In this document: positions 29,511-38,344 of the stretch, one piece after another
Position numbering within the stretch: the stretch's first letter is position 1
Layout: every line of letters begins with the position of its first letter
Assembly (NCBI GenBank): GCA_016927655.1
Contig: JAFGMG010000001.1
Span: 179,599 to 243,598, forward strand
Direction: 5' to 3'
Length of the DNA stretch: 64,000 bases
DNA from: Candidatus Dojkabacteria bacterium
GTDB lineage: Bacteria > Patescibacteriota > Dojkabacteria > B142 > JAFGMG01
Made by a program: the position numbers and the translations under genes
The notes under the pieces: model-generated
Database searches by the model: none
What the model saw: the letters and a program-made list of their open reading frames with translations, nothing else
What the model was told of the DNA's origin: nothing

Positions 29511-30268
29511 TTTTTCCCAATAAAGGCTTTAATCTGTTCTATTATCTCCTCTTTTGTATAGATATAACCATCTTTACCTCCAAACAATTCTGCATGTATC
29601 GTCTTTACATTGTAGCAAGCAGGTAGTTTATGTTTGGGGGCATTTTTAAATTTCATATCGAAACATTTTTGCGCAACCTCCTTGGCAGTGATAGGTTCAG
29701 ATGTGATATTTACAAGATCAAGATTTTTCCCCAAAGCAATTGTAATGATCTCCCATAAGTTTTTTAGAGCAAAAAACTGAAAGAGACTATCTTCATGTGT
29801 ATAGTCTAGAGCGTGATTATTTAACATATCAAAAATGAAATTTTTTTTCAGTCCTTCGCCAAATAATCCTGGCAACCTGATTATAAGGTGGTTCTTAAAA
29901 TTGCTCTTTACAAATTCTTCCAACAAAAGCCTGTGTTTACCATAAGGATGCAGGCCTTTTTGTCGCATTTTGCTTTTCTCATCAACATTATATGGAGTTT
30001 TGTAAACATCAATAGTAGAAATCTGCACAAATTGCTCCGTATTTATGTTTTTAATATCATCGATGAGCTGGTTTACAATCCTGAGATCATTATCCGGGAA
30101 CTGATTTGCCTCCCATTTGACTGCTGATGGGGCTGCACAAACAACTAAATCGTAGTTATTTCTTTTAATTTTTTCTATATTTCTACTATTGAATAGATAT
30201 TCAAAATCAGTCTGCCGCTGCAAATTGCCGCCAACAAATCCCGTGCTGCCAATTAGTGCTTTACTCAT
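29507..30268 (-). CDS. short NAD(P)-dependent epimerase/reductase-like protein
   Basis: N-terminal ALIGSTGFVGGNL Rossmann motif; PYGKHRLLLE candidate YxxxK motif. 253 aa. Confidence 0.55.
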   Translation of the reverse strand: MSKALIGSTGFVGGNLQRQTDFEYLFNSRNIEKIKRNNYDLVVCAAPSAVKWEANQFPDNDLRIVNQLIDDIKNINTEQFVQISTIDVYKTPYNVDEKSKMRQKGLHPYGKHRLLLEEFVKSNFKNHLIIRLPGLFGEGLKKNFIFDMLNNHALDYTHEDSLFQFFALKNLWEIITIALGKNLDLVNITSEPITAKEVAQKCFDMKFKNAPKHKLPACYNVKTIHAELFGGKDGYIYTKEEIIEQIKAFIGKK

Positions 30269-31181
30269 TATTTATTCTCTCAATTGAACGAATTATGTAG
30301 CCAGATCCTTCTTTTGTATCGCGCAAAATAGTCTCAAGGTATTTTATAATAAAAACCGATAGAGTGAGCATGCCTGTAAATCCAAAAATCCCCATAAGAA
30401 TAGTTAATTTTATCAATATTTCAAAATTCAGTTGAATAAATGCGAATACCAAAGAAACTACAAAAGACAACGCAAAAATGACAAGAAGAACCGATGAAAA
30501 AATTACCGGGATGTTTGAATAACTTACCACAACATCCAAAGCAAATGATAACCTAGTTATCAACGACCCATCTCTTTTGATTTTACTTTTACTTTTAGGG
30601 GTGTATTTTATAAGTGTATTTTTGAACCCAGTGTATTTATATAAAATTTTTCGATACCTTGATCTTCCCTTAGCCCTCACTGTTGCATTGATTGCTCTTC
30701 TGCTCACTAGCCTTACATTTTCAGGCTTTAAATCATATTTCAAATGCCCAGCGATATTGACCATCATATAAAAAATTCTTGTTCCTAATCCTTGGAATCT
30801 CTGTGCGCTTCCTGCGACAACATCATATCCCTGATCTGCTTTGTCCATCAGATCTCTTAATAATTTCAATGAATAATCTACATTTCTCAGATCTATTTCA
30901 TACACGAAATCACCAATAGAGAGATCTATGCCTGCCTTTATCCCAGCCTCTACCCCCTGTTTCCAGGCCATTGTGATTAGAGTAAATGGCACAAAAACAG
31001 ATTCGCCAGCCTTTACAATTTCTTTTATTGTGCCATCCCGGCTCGCATCATCGATAATTATAATCTCAAAGTTTTCAAAATATCGATCAAGATAATTATA
31101 AATTCTCAATACCAGATTCTTGACTGTCGATTCTTCTTCATATACGTATGCAACCAAAGAAACAAAGCTTTGTTTTTTCAT
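30261..31181 (-). CDS. GT2 polyprenyl-phosphate glycosyltransferase (GtrB/ArnC/DPM1-like) with C-terminal TM helices
   Basis: FENFEIIIIDDASRDGT and a DxD region, then two or three C-terminal TM helices (VVVSYSNIPVIFSSVLLVIFALSFVVSLVFAFI...). Confidence 0.75.
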   Translation of the reverse strand: MKKQSFVSLVAYVYEEESTVKNLVLRIYNYLDRYFENFEIIIIDDASRDGTIKEIVKAGESVFVPFTLITMAWKQGVEAGIKAGIDLSIGDFVYEIDLRNVDYSLKLLRDLMDKADQGYDVVAGSAQRFQGLGTRIFYMMVNIAGHLKYDLKPENVRLVSRRAINATVRAKGRSRYRKILYKYTGFKNTLIKYTPKSKSKIKRDGSLITRLSFALDVVVSYSNIPVIFSSVLLVIFALSFVVSLVFAFIQLNFEILIKLTILMGIFGFTGMLTLSVFIIKYLETILRDTKEGSGYIIRSIERINNE

Positions 31182-32296
31182 ATTAAAATTTCGTCTAGGT
31201 CATATATTGTGCTCATCTTTCCGGATAAAACACTTGTAAAATTGGGGCTTTTATTTGCTTGTACTATAACAGTAGGCCTTGAGTCATCTACTTCAGAAGA
31301 CTGAAGAACCGGCTTAAGTGTGTACAATGATTCTTTATAATTATAGCTTATTTCCGGAACCAAATATTTTTTCGCTAACTGGCTCATATATTTCCATGCT
31401 GTTGCTGGTTTTCTGCTCTGCTTTACCCCTTTGTTATTAGGCTTAAGGAATTTAAAGTCCGGGAGATCTGCTTTGCTGCTCTTATGTGGAGTAAATGAAA
31501 CAGATGTCAGAGAGTGGTTCTTAGAAAGGCCAAAAGGCATTAGAGAAAAAAAAGGACCATCCATCACAGTCAGTCCGATATTTTTAATGTTGTTGCTCAC
31601 ATCACAGATAATTACTTCGCAGTATTCATACTTTATCGGGAAGTATTCATAGCCGAAGACCTTTAGCACTTCGTTTATCCCGGCATACGTTAAATTCAGC
31701 ACATTTGGAGTAAGAATCTTCTCGCCTGTATTTAGCCTCAAAAAGTATTTATCATTTTTTATTATCGCTTTCTTTACGATCGTATTTAAAGAGATGTCAG
31801 CCTTCTCGTATTTTGATAGTTCACTTAAGAAATACTCCCTAATCTTGATTGCGTCATAAGAATACTCATGTGTTTTAAAAGCCGCTTCTACAAACCCCTC
31901 ATTAAAGTATTTTGATGAGTCTATCTCTTCACACTCAACTCCAATATTGCTGCAGAACTTTTTATAACTTGCTGCATTTGTATGCGAGAAGACACTCGAT
32001 ATTGCATATATTTTGGAAAATTCTTTATTGATTGCAAAATCAAAATCTCTGGAGAATTTTTCGAAGTATTGAATTGTTTTTTGTGCTGTTGCAACACTTC
32101 GCGGATAATGATACCCCTTATGCAGCCTTGCCTGATTTACATACGAGCCCGCATTCAATGGAAGATTGGTTTTTTCAATCATTAAAACACTACGACCTTT
32201 CCTGGCTAACTTCTCGGCAGCATATAAGCCAAATATTCCAGCCCCGATTATTACATAGTCATATTCTTTTTGATTATAATATTCCTCTGTAGGCAT
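31178..32296 (-). CDS. FAD-dependent oxidoreductase (Rossmann GxGxxG; UDP-galactopyranose-mutase/amine-oxidase-like N-terminus)
   Basis: YDYVIIGAGIFGLYAAEKLARKGRSVLMIEK is a classical FAD dinucleotide-binding motif. Weak resemblance to Glf, and only at the N-terminus. Confidence 0.6.
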   Translation of the reverse strand: MPTEEYYNQKEYDYVIIGAGIFGLYAAEKLARKGRSVLMIEKTNLPLNAGSYVNQARLHKGYHYPRSVATAQKTIQYFEKFSRDFDFAINKEFSKIYAISSVFSHTNAASYKKFCSNIGVECEEIDSSKYFNEGFVEAAFKTHEYSYDAIKIREYFLSELSKYEKADISLNTIVKKAIIKNDKYFLRLNTGEKILTPNVLNLTYAGINEVLKVFGYEYFPIKYEYCEVIICDVSNNIKNIGLTVMDGPFFSLMPFGLSKNHSLTSVSFTPHKSSKADLPDFKFLKPNNKGVKQSRKPATAWKYMSQLAKKYLVPEISYNYKESLYTLKPVLQSSEVDDSRPTVIVQANKSPNFTSVLSGKMSTIYDLDEILI

Positions 32297-32383
32297 AAAA
32301 TGCAGTCTGGGGCAGAATTAACTCTTAGTATTTTTAAAGGCTTTGTAGTATCATTAGCGCACGTAATCATAACACGAATCCTT

Positions 32384-35305
32384 ATGAAAAATAAGCAACC
32401 GAAGGTAAGCGTGATCATAACTTACTTTAACATGCAAAACTATATTGATTTTGCATTAAAAAGTGTTTTTAAACAAACTTATCCTAATATTGAAATTATT
32501 CTTGTCGATGATGGGTCGCCAGATATCGAAGCAATAAAAAAACTCGAGAAACTTCAGACAACTTATAAAAATCGCGTCTTATTTATAAACCAAAAAAACA
32601 AAGGTCTGCCTGCTGCTAGAAACACCGGGATAAAAAGCTCCAAAGGAGATTTTCTGTGTTGTCTCGATGCCGATGATATTCTTGAACCTAGTTTTATTGA
32701 AAAGGCAATCGAGAGTTATAAGACAAATCCCGAAGTTTCAATTGTCACTTCCTGGATGTCAACATTTGGAGAATATGAAACAACGTATCAATTTAATTCT
32801 ACTGATTTAAGAGATCTACTGAAGGAGAATATCCTCCATGTCTCCTCAATATTTAAGAAAGATGTGTGGGAAAAAGTCGGCGGCTTTGATGAAAATTTTA
32901 TTAACGGCTTTGACGACTGGGAATTTTGGATAAATGCAGCCAAGCATGACTTCAAATGGATGATTATTCCAGAAGTCCTTTTCAATTACAGGATAAGGAA
33001 AAACTCGATGAGTTCCCAGATTGAAAAGAACACCGCAAGGGAAATCGGCTTATATAACAGGCTTTATACAAAGCATATCAGCTTATTTAAAAAATATGCT
33101 CTCGATATTTTAATATCCAAGGATTTCAGCATAAGCTGGCATAAAGGGCAATTGCGTATCCTGAAAGAAAGCCAACCTAAAAATGAGGAGAATAAAGATA
33201 AACAAGAAGAATCTGCCAATATTGACGAAACCCTGGAGATTGTCAAAACAAATAGCCTGATTCTCCAACGTTTTAATGGGGTGCTTAATAGGACGGAACG
33301 TTATCTAAAAATGTTTGGACTATATATATTGATTCGAATAGTCCGTCGCACAAGACATATTTTGAAATATAAAGAATATCCATTCTTACCTAAGCGTTAC
33401 GGCCAAATGGCAGATACCGGGATTTATAACCGCAACAAGCCATTGGTGAGCGTCATTATTCCCTGCTTCAATTATGGAGCATACATCCAGGAAGCTGTCT
33501 CAAGTGTCAAATCACAATCCTGGAACAATCTTGAGATAATAATTGTTAACGATAAATCAACTGAAAAGGAAACGATAAATATATTAAAGAAACTAAAAAA
33601 AGATCCTGGGATAAAACTGCTTGAGAATAAAGAAAATTCCGGAGTTGTATATACAAGAAACAGAGGAATAAAGGAAGCCCGGGGAAAATATATTTTATGT
33701 CTTGACGCAGATGACAAACTTGATCCATCTTATATTGAAAAATGTATCTGGGTTTTTGAGAGGAATCCGCAAATTGGAGTTGTTTATTCAGATTTGCAGA
33801 TGTTCGGGAATTCAAATGATTTTTATAAATTTGGAAATTTTGATATAAGGGCGCTTATGAAGTGGAATCAAGTTACAACAGCGGCAATGTTTAGGAAAGT
33901 CTGTTGGGAACAGACTGGTGGATATAAAGAGGAAATGCGTTATGGGCATGAGGATTGGGAGTTGTGGCTTTCGATAGCTGAAAAAGGCTGGGAAGGCTAC
34001 AAAATACCCGAGCCATTATTTTTTTACCGCACACACTCCAAATCAAGTCTAAGTCATAAAGCCTTAGAAATAAATAACAATCTAATTTCAAGAATTAAGA
34101 CTCTACATACTCCCCTTTATTCACTCCCAAATCCATACAAGATTCGTAAAAAAGTTTTTCCACTGAAATCGGTCAAAGATAATAAAATTAACTATGATAA
34201 ACCAGAAAGCAAGAAGAATGTGGTTTTACTTTTCGTACCCTTTGTAATAGCCGGTGGCGCCGAAAAACTATGGGCGAATATTGCTCAGGAAATCAGTAAA
34301 TCCGGTTACAAGATTTTAATTATTGGAACAAATGAAGCCGAACAGGAAATATATCCCGAACTTCTTGAAAATACGATTGGTATCTTTAATCTAAAAAAGT
34401 TTGCCGCTAAAAAAGATTGGGAAAAATTTATTTTCTCACAGATTAAAAAATACTCCGTACGAAACGTAATAATAAGCAATAATGCCTACGTTTATAAGAA
34501 CACTAAATTGCTGAAAGCTTTAAGAGCAAAAGACATAAAAGTCATGGATATTGTATACAATGATAGTGCATATGGATTTCTGGACCAATCAATAAAAATC
34601 GATAGACTTTTAGACAGACATTTCGTAAACAATCCAGAAATTATTAAATCTTATAAAAAAGCAGGAATAGACCCTCAAAAAACTAACTTCATACCCTCAT
34701 GTGTAAACCTGAAAAATTACGATTATAAAAAATACAATTCAGTAAAGTTAAGGACAAAATTCAAGGCGAATAGAGATAATTTCTTGATTACCTATATTGG
34801 AAGATTATCGCCAGAAAAAAATGTCGAGTCTTTAGTACAAGCAATCAGTGACCTGCGAGTACAAAAAAGCCCACTTGGTAAAAGAATCCGGCTCAATATA
34901 ATAGGCAGCGGGATGCAGGAAAAACATCTTAAAAAATTAGCCAAAAAACTATCTATTTCTAAACAGGTCCATTTTTTTCCCTTTACAAGCAAAGTTCAAG
35001 AATTCTATGCTGCAAGTGATCTTTTTGCTCTTGTCTCGACAATTGACGGGTTTCCTTTGACTATAATTGAATCCGTGGCAATGGGGGTTCCTGTTCTTGC
35101 TACGAATATTGGCGCAAAAAAGAACCTGCTCAAACACAAGCAGAATGGCTATTTGATAGAAAGCCCTGATAGATTTGCAATCTCGAAGGCACTTGAAGAT
35201 ATATATAATAATGATTATTTCCTTGATAGAGCCTCAATTCGTGAATCAGCAAAAGAATACAACGTGGATAAAGTAGCTGGGATTCTACTAAAAGAGTTAA
35301 AGTGA
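32384..35305 (+). CDS. tri-domain GT2-GT2-GT4 glycosyltransferase (intact paralog of 23377..26283)
   Basis: GT2 #1 VSVIITYFNMQNYI..LVDDGSPD..CLDADD; GT2 #2 VSVIIPCFNYGAYI..IVNDKST..CLDADD; GT4 C-terminus EX7E FPLTIIESVAMGVPVLAT. The track ORF starts at 32270, overlapping the divergent gene; the ATG at 32384 (MKNKQPK) is the more plausible start. Confidence 0.8.
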   Translation: MKNKQPKVSVIITYFNMQNYIDFALKSVFKQTYPNIEIILVDDGSPDIEAIKKLEKLQTTYKNRVLFINQKNKGLPAARNTGIKSSKGDFLCCLDADDILEPSFIEKAIESYKTNPEVSIVTSWMSTFGEYETTYQFNSTDLRDLLKENILHVSSIFKKDVWEKVGGFDENFINGFDDWEFWINAAKHDFKWMIIPEVLFNYRIRKNSMSSQIEKNTAREIGLYNRLYTKHISLFKKYALDILISKDFSISWHKGQLRILKESQPKNEENKDKQEESANIDETLEIVKTNSLILQRFNGVLNRTERYLKMFGLYILIRIVRRTRHILKYKEYPFLPKRYGQMADTGIYNRNKPLVSVIIPCFNYGAYIQEAVSSVKSQSWNNLEIIIVNDKSTEKETINILKKLKKDPGIKLLENKENSGVVYTRNRGIKEARGKYILCLDADDKLDPSYIEKCIWVFERNPQIGVVYSDLQMFGNSNDFYKFGNFDIRALMKWNQVTTAAMFRKVCWEQTGGYKEEMRYGHEDWELWLSIAEKGWEGYKIPEPLFFYRTHSKSSLSHKALEINNNLISRIKTLHTPLYSLPNPYKIRKKVFPLKSVKDNKINYDKPESKKNVVLLFVPFVIAGGAEKLWANIAQEISKSGYKILIIGTNEAEQEIYPELLENTIGIFNLKKFAAKKDWEKFIFSQIKKYSVRNVIISNNAYVYKNTKLLKALRAKDIKVMDIVYNDSAYGFLDQSIKIDRLLDRHFVNNPEIIKSYKKAGIDPQKTNFIPSCVNLKNYDYKKYNSVKLRTKFKANRDNFLITYIGRLSPEKNVESLVQAISDLRVQKSPLGKRIRLNIIGSGMQEKHLKKLAKKLSISKQVHFFPFTSKVQEFYAASDLFALVSTIDGFPLTIIESVAMGVPVLATNIGAKKNLLKHKQNGYLIESPDRFAISKALEDIYNNDYFLDRASIRESAKEYNVDKVAGILLKELK

Positions 35306-36154
35306 GATTTTTCTGAAACTTTTTCCGGGGAAAACTTCTTGTGTTTTTAAATTATCAGCAAAAACAATTGATTCGTCTTTCAACGGAACTATTTTGTAGT
35401 CCAATTCCCAGCCTAATTTAGCAGCAAGATTTATCAAATCACTATTATAAAAAGCTCTGCTTGTACCTAAGTTTATTACATTAAAAATTTGTTTTTCTTG
35501 CAGCGTCAAAGCCTTTATTAAAAAATCAATCACGTCGTCGATATGAATATAATCCCGCGCAAATTTATCAAGCTCATACAAATTTATCTGCTCTTTTGAT
35601 TTGCGGGCTCTTTTAAGTTTATTTATCAAGGATTCTTCAAATCCAGGTCCGTATATATTGAAAATCCGGAAAATGATCACCTGCATTTTTGATGTGGGGG
35701 CGATCCTTTCCAGCTCCTGCTCCGCAAGAAACTTTGTTTTACCATAATTACTTTGCGGATTTGCATCTGATTCTTTCAAGGCGGTCTTTGAATTTTGAGG
35801 ATAAACAGCCGATGTAGATGAAAAGATAAATCTCTTTGTTTGATTATCTGCACATATCTTAGCTAGATCTTTTGTTGCCTGAGTATTTATTTTGTATGCC
35901 AGGTCATAATTTTTTTGACATTGGTCTGGCAGCAATCCCCCTAGATGAATGACTGCATCAGGTTTTTCTTTTGAGACAACCTTTTGTATCTGTTCTGGCT
36001 TGGTAAGATCTGCTTGATAATATACTGTATTTCCAAAAACTCTCCTTGGCTTTTCTTCTATTGAAGTTAGAATTAAGAAATGTCCCTTAGTGTTCAGCTT
36101 TTGGATCAAATGCTGCCCTATTCTTCCATTTGCACCAGTAATTAATATTTTCAT
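35297..36154 (-). CDS. NAD-dependent epimerase/reductase (likely the 4-keto reductase partner of the CapD-type dehydratase)
   Basis: MKILITGANGRIGQHL; NYGKTKFLAE YxxxK motif. 285 aa. Immediately downstream of the CapD/PglF-like gene with a 1-nt spacing. Confidence 0.7.
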   Translation of the reverse strand: MKILITGANGRIGQHLIQKLNTKGHFLILTSIEEKPRRVFGNTVYYQADLTKPEQIQKVVSKEKPDAVIHLGGLLPDQCQKNYDLAYKINTQATKDLAKICADNQTKRFIFSSTSAVYPQNSKTALKESDANPQSNYGKTKFLAEQELERIAPTSKMQVIIFRIFNIYGPGFEESLINKLKRARKSKEQINLYELDKFARDYIHIDDVIDFLIKALTLQEKQIFNVINLGTSRAFYNSDLINLAAKLGWELDYKIVPLKDESIVFADNLKTQEVFPGKSFRKISL

Positions 36155-37537
36155 CTATTTCTTGATTTTGAAACCTAATTTACGCAATTTATCAATTACT
36201 TCTTCATTGCCCAGATCATAAACTGAAGTTTTTTTAAGCAATTGATTGATTTTTGTTTCAATGTCTTTTGATCTTGTAATATCCTCTCCGTTTACAACAA
36301 AAATCTGGTTGTGGCGGGTTTTTTTGACATGTTCTTTATCAAAATATAGCTCTTCATACATTTTCTCTCCGGATCTCAGCCCGATTGTCTTTATTTCTAT
36401 ATCTTTCTTTGCAAGTCTTACCATCAATTCGGCCAATTCCCTGACTTTTATAGGATCCCCCATATCGAGAACAAATATTTCTCCATTATTGCTCAAAATT
36501 GCTGCCTGGATTATTAATTGAGCCGCCTCTTCTTTTGTCATAAAAAATCTTGTTATTTCTTTGTGTGTTAGCGTAATAGGACCGCCTTTTTCTATCTGCC
36601 TTTTGAACAGCTGGACTACACTTCCATTGCTCTCAAGGACATTTCCAAACCTGACGGAAGAAATTTTGGTGTTGCTTTGTTTTCTGCTGCGATTTTGTAA
36701 AAGTATCTCCACAACCCTCTTCGTTGTACCCATGACATTTACGGGATTGACAGCCTTATCTGTAGAAACATTTACAAAACATTTCACTTTGTGTTTAATT
36801 GCTGTATCAATTAAATTTAACGAACCAAGAACGTTGTTATTAACGGCTTCCAGGCTATTTTCCTGCATTAGAGGCACATGCTTATAAGCAGCAGCATGAA
36901 AAACAAAATCCGGTTTATGTTTAGAAAATATCTGCTCCAATCGTTTTTTATCGCGGATATTTGCAATATAGTAGGTAACACTCCTTTTATTTCCTACTTC
37001 ATGCTGTAGATAGAAAATTCCGCTTTCCCAGAAGTCTACGCATATTATTTCTTTCGGCTTTAAAAGCAATACCTGCTGGACCAATTCAGAGCCAATTGAA
37101 CCAGCTGCCCCCGTGATAAGGATTTTCTTTCCCTCAATCTCTTTTTTAGCCAAAAACAGATCCTGCTTTACAGGTTCACGCCCGATTAAATGCAAAATAT
37201 CAACATCTCGAAGATCGTTAATTGATACCTCTTCGTCTGAAATGATCCGGAAAGATCTTGGAACAATTAAAAGATGGACTTTTTTTGATTCGACAGAGTT
37301 GATAAATTTTCGCACCTTCTCAGGCGAAGCTGAGGGAATTGAGAAATATATATCTGTGATTTTCTCTTTGCTTATTAACATATTTACATCAGAGAGATTC
37401 CCCAGTTTTTTAAAACCAGCATTGCTTTTGATATCAGCGTCATCGACAAAGCCCACAACCTTGTATCCATGCTTTTTAAGATTTCTTGCTAGGGAGCGCC
37501 CTGCAACTCCGGCTCCTACAATTAATATTCGCTGCAT
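36155..37537 (-). CDS. UDP-GlcNAc 4,6-dehydratase, CapD/PglF/WbpM family (Polysacc_synt_2)
   Basis: ILITGAAGSIGSELVQQVL and the downstream motifs are typical of the family; N-terminal CoA-binding-like domain (ILIVGAGVAGRSLARNL). 460 aa. Confidence 0.8.
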   Translation of the reverse strand: MQRILIVGAGVAGRSLARNLKKHGYKVVGFVDDADIKSNAGFKKLGNLSDVNMLISKEKITDIYFSIPSASPEKVRKFINSVESKKVHLLIVPRSFRIISDEEVSINDLRDVDILHLIGREPVKQDLFLAKKEIEGKKILITGAAGSIGSELVQQVLLLKPKEIICVDFWESGIFYLQHEVGNKRSVTYYIANIRDKKRLEQIFSKHKPDFVFHAAAYKHVPLMQENSLEAVNNNVLGSLNLIDTAIKHKVKCFVNVSTDKAVNPVNVMGTTKRVVEILLQNRSRKQSNTKISSVRFGNVLESNGSVVQLFKRQIEKGGPITLTHKEITRFFMTKEEAAQLIIQAAILSNNGEIFVLDMGDPIKVRELAELMVRLAKKDIEIKTIGLRSGEKMYEELYFDKEHVKKTRHNQIFVVNGEDITRSKDIETKINQLLKKTSVYDLGNEEVIDKLRKLGFKIKK

Positions 37538-37551
37538 AATGAGATAAATAA

Positions 37552-38322
37552 CTACATTAAGCTTGTAATGAAATCATCAACAATTTCTCCAGGTTCTCCC
37601 ATCTGTTCTATCCTGCCGCCTTTTAACCAAATCACTCTATCAGCTAGATTTTTAACAGACTCCAAATCGTGCGAAACATACAAAACAGTAACTCCAGTAT
37701 TTATTAGTTCGGAAATTTTACCCATACTCTTTCTGCTAAATCCCGCATCTCCAACTGCAAGAACCTCATCAAGCAGATATATATCTGCTTTTGCTTGAAT
37801 TGCTATTGCAAAAGCTAATCGCACTGCCATACCGCTTGAATAGTTTTTTATCGGTGTATCTGCAAATTCCTCCACCTCGGCAAAAGCAAGTATTTCCTGA
37901 ACTTTTGTCCTGAGGAATTTCTTAGACATTCCAAGGATTGTTCCATTCAAAAATATATTTTCTCTAGCAGAAAGTTCAGGGTTAAAACCTACCCCAAGCT
38001 CTAAGAATGGAACAAGTTGCCCGTGAATTTTGATCTCTCCTTTGTTTGGAGCATATATTCCGGCAATTAATTTGAGCAAGGTGCTTTTCCCACTTCCGTT
38101 TTTTCCGACAATACCAACGAACTCTCCCTTTTTCACCGTGAAAGTTATATCGCTTAATGCATCAAATTTTCTTCCCTGCTTTTTGAAAAGTTTCCAGGGT
38201 TGAAGAAAATATCCCTTGAAGCTATTGATCCTTTCATCTGGTATCCAAAAGGATTTATCAACGTCTTTTACTTCAAGAACAACATCATCATTTTCTTTTT
38301 GAGTTTTGCTGTTGAATATCAT
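37552..38322 (-). CDS. ABC transporter ATP-binding protein, Wzt/TagH/KpsT type (polysaccharide or teichoic-acid export)
   Basis: Walker A GIVGKNGSGKSTLL; signature YSSGMAVRLAFAIAI; Walker B DIYLLDEVLAVGD. Confidence 0.85.
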   Translation of the reverse strand: MIFNSKTQKENDDVVLEVKDVDKSFWIPDERINSFKGYFLQPWKLFKKQGRKFDALSDITFTVKKGEFVGIVGKNGSGKSTLLKLIAGIYAPNKGEIKIHGQLVPFLELGVGFNPELSARENIFLNGTILGMSKKFLRTKVQEILAFAEVEEFADTPIKNYSSGMAVRLAFAIAIQAKADIYLLDEVLAVGDAGFSRKSMGKISELINTGVTVLYVSHDLESVKNLADRVIWLKGGRIEQMGEPGEIVDDFITSLM

Positions 38323-38344
38323 AGTAGATTTGGGAAAGATTTTA

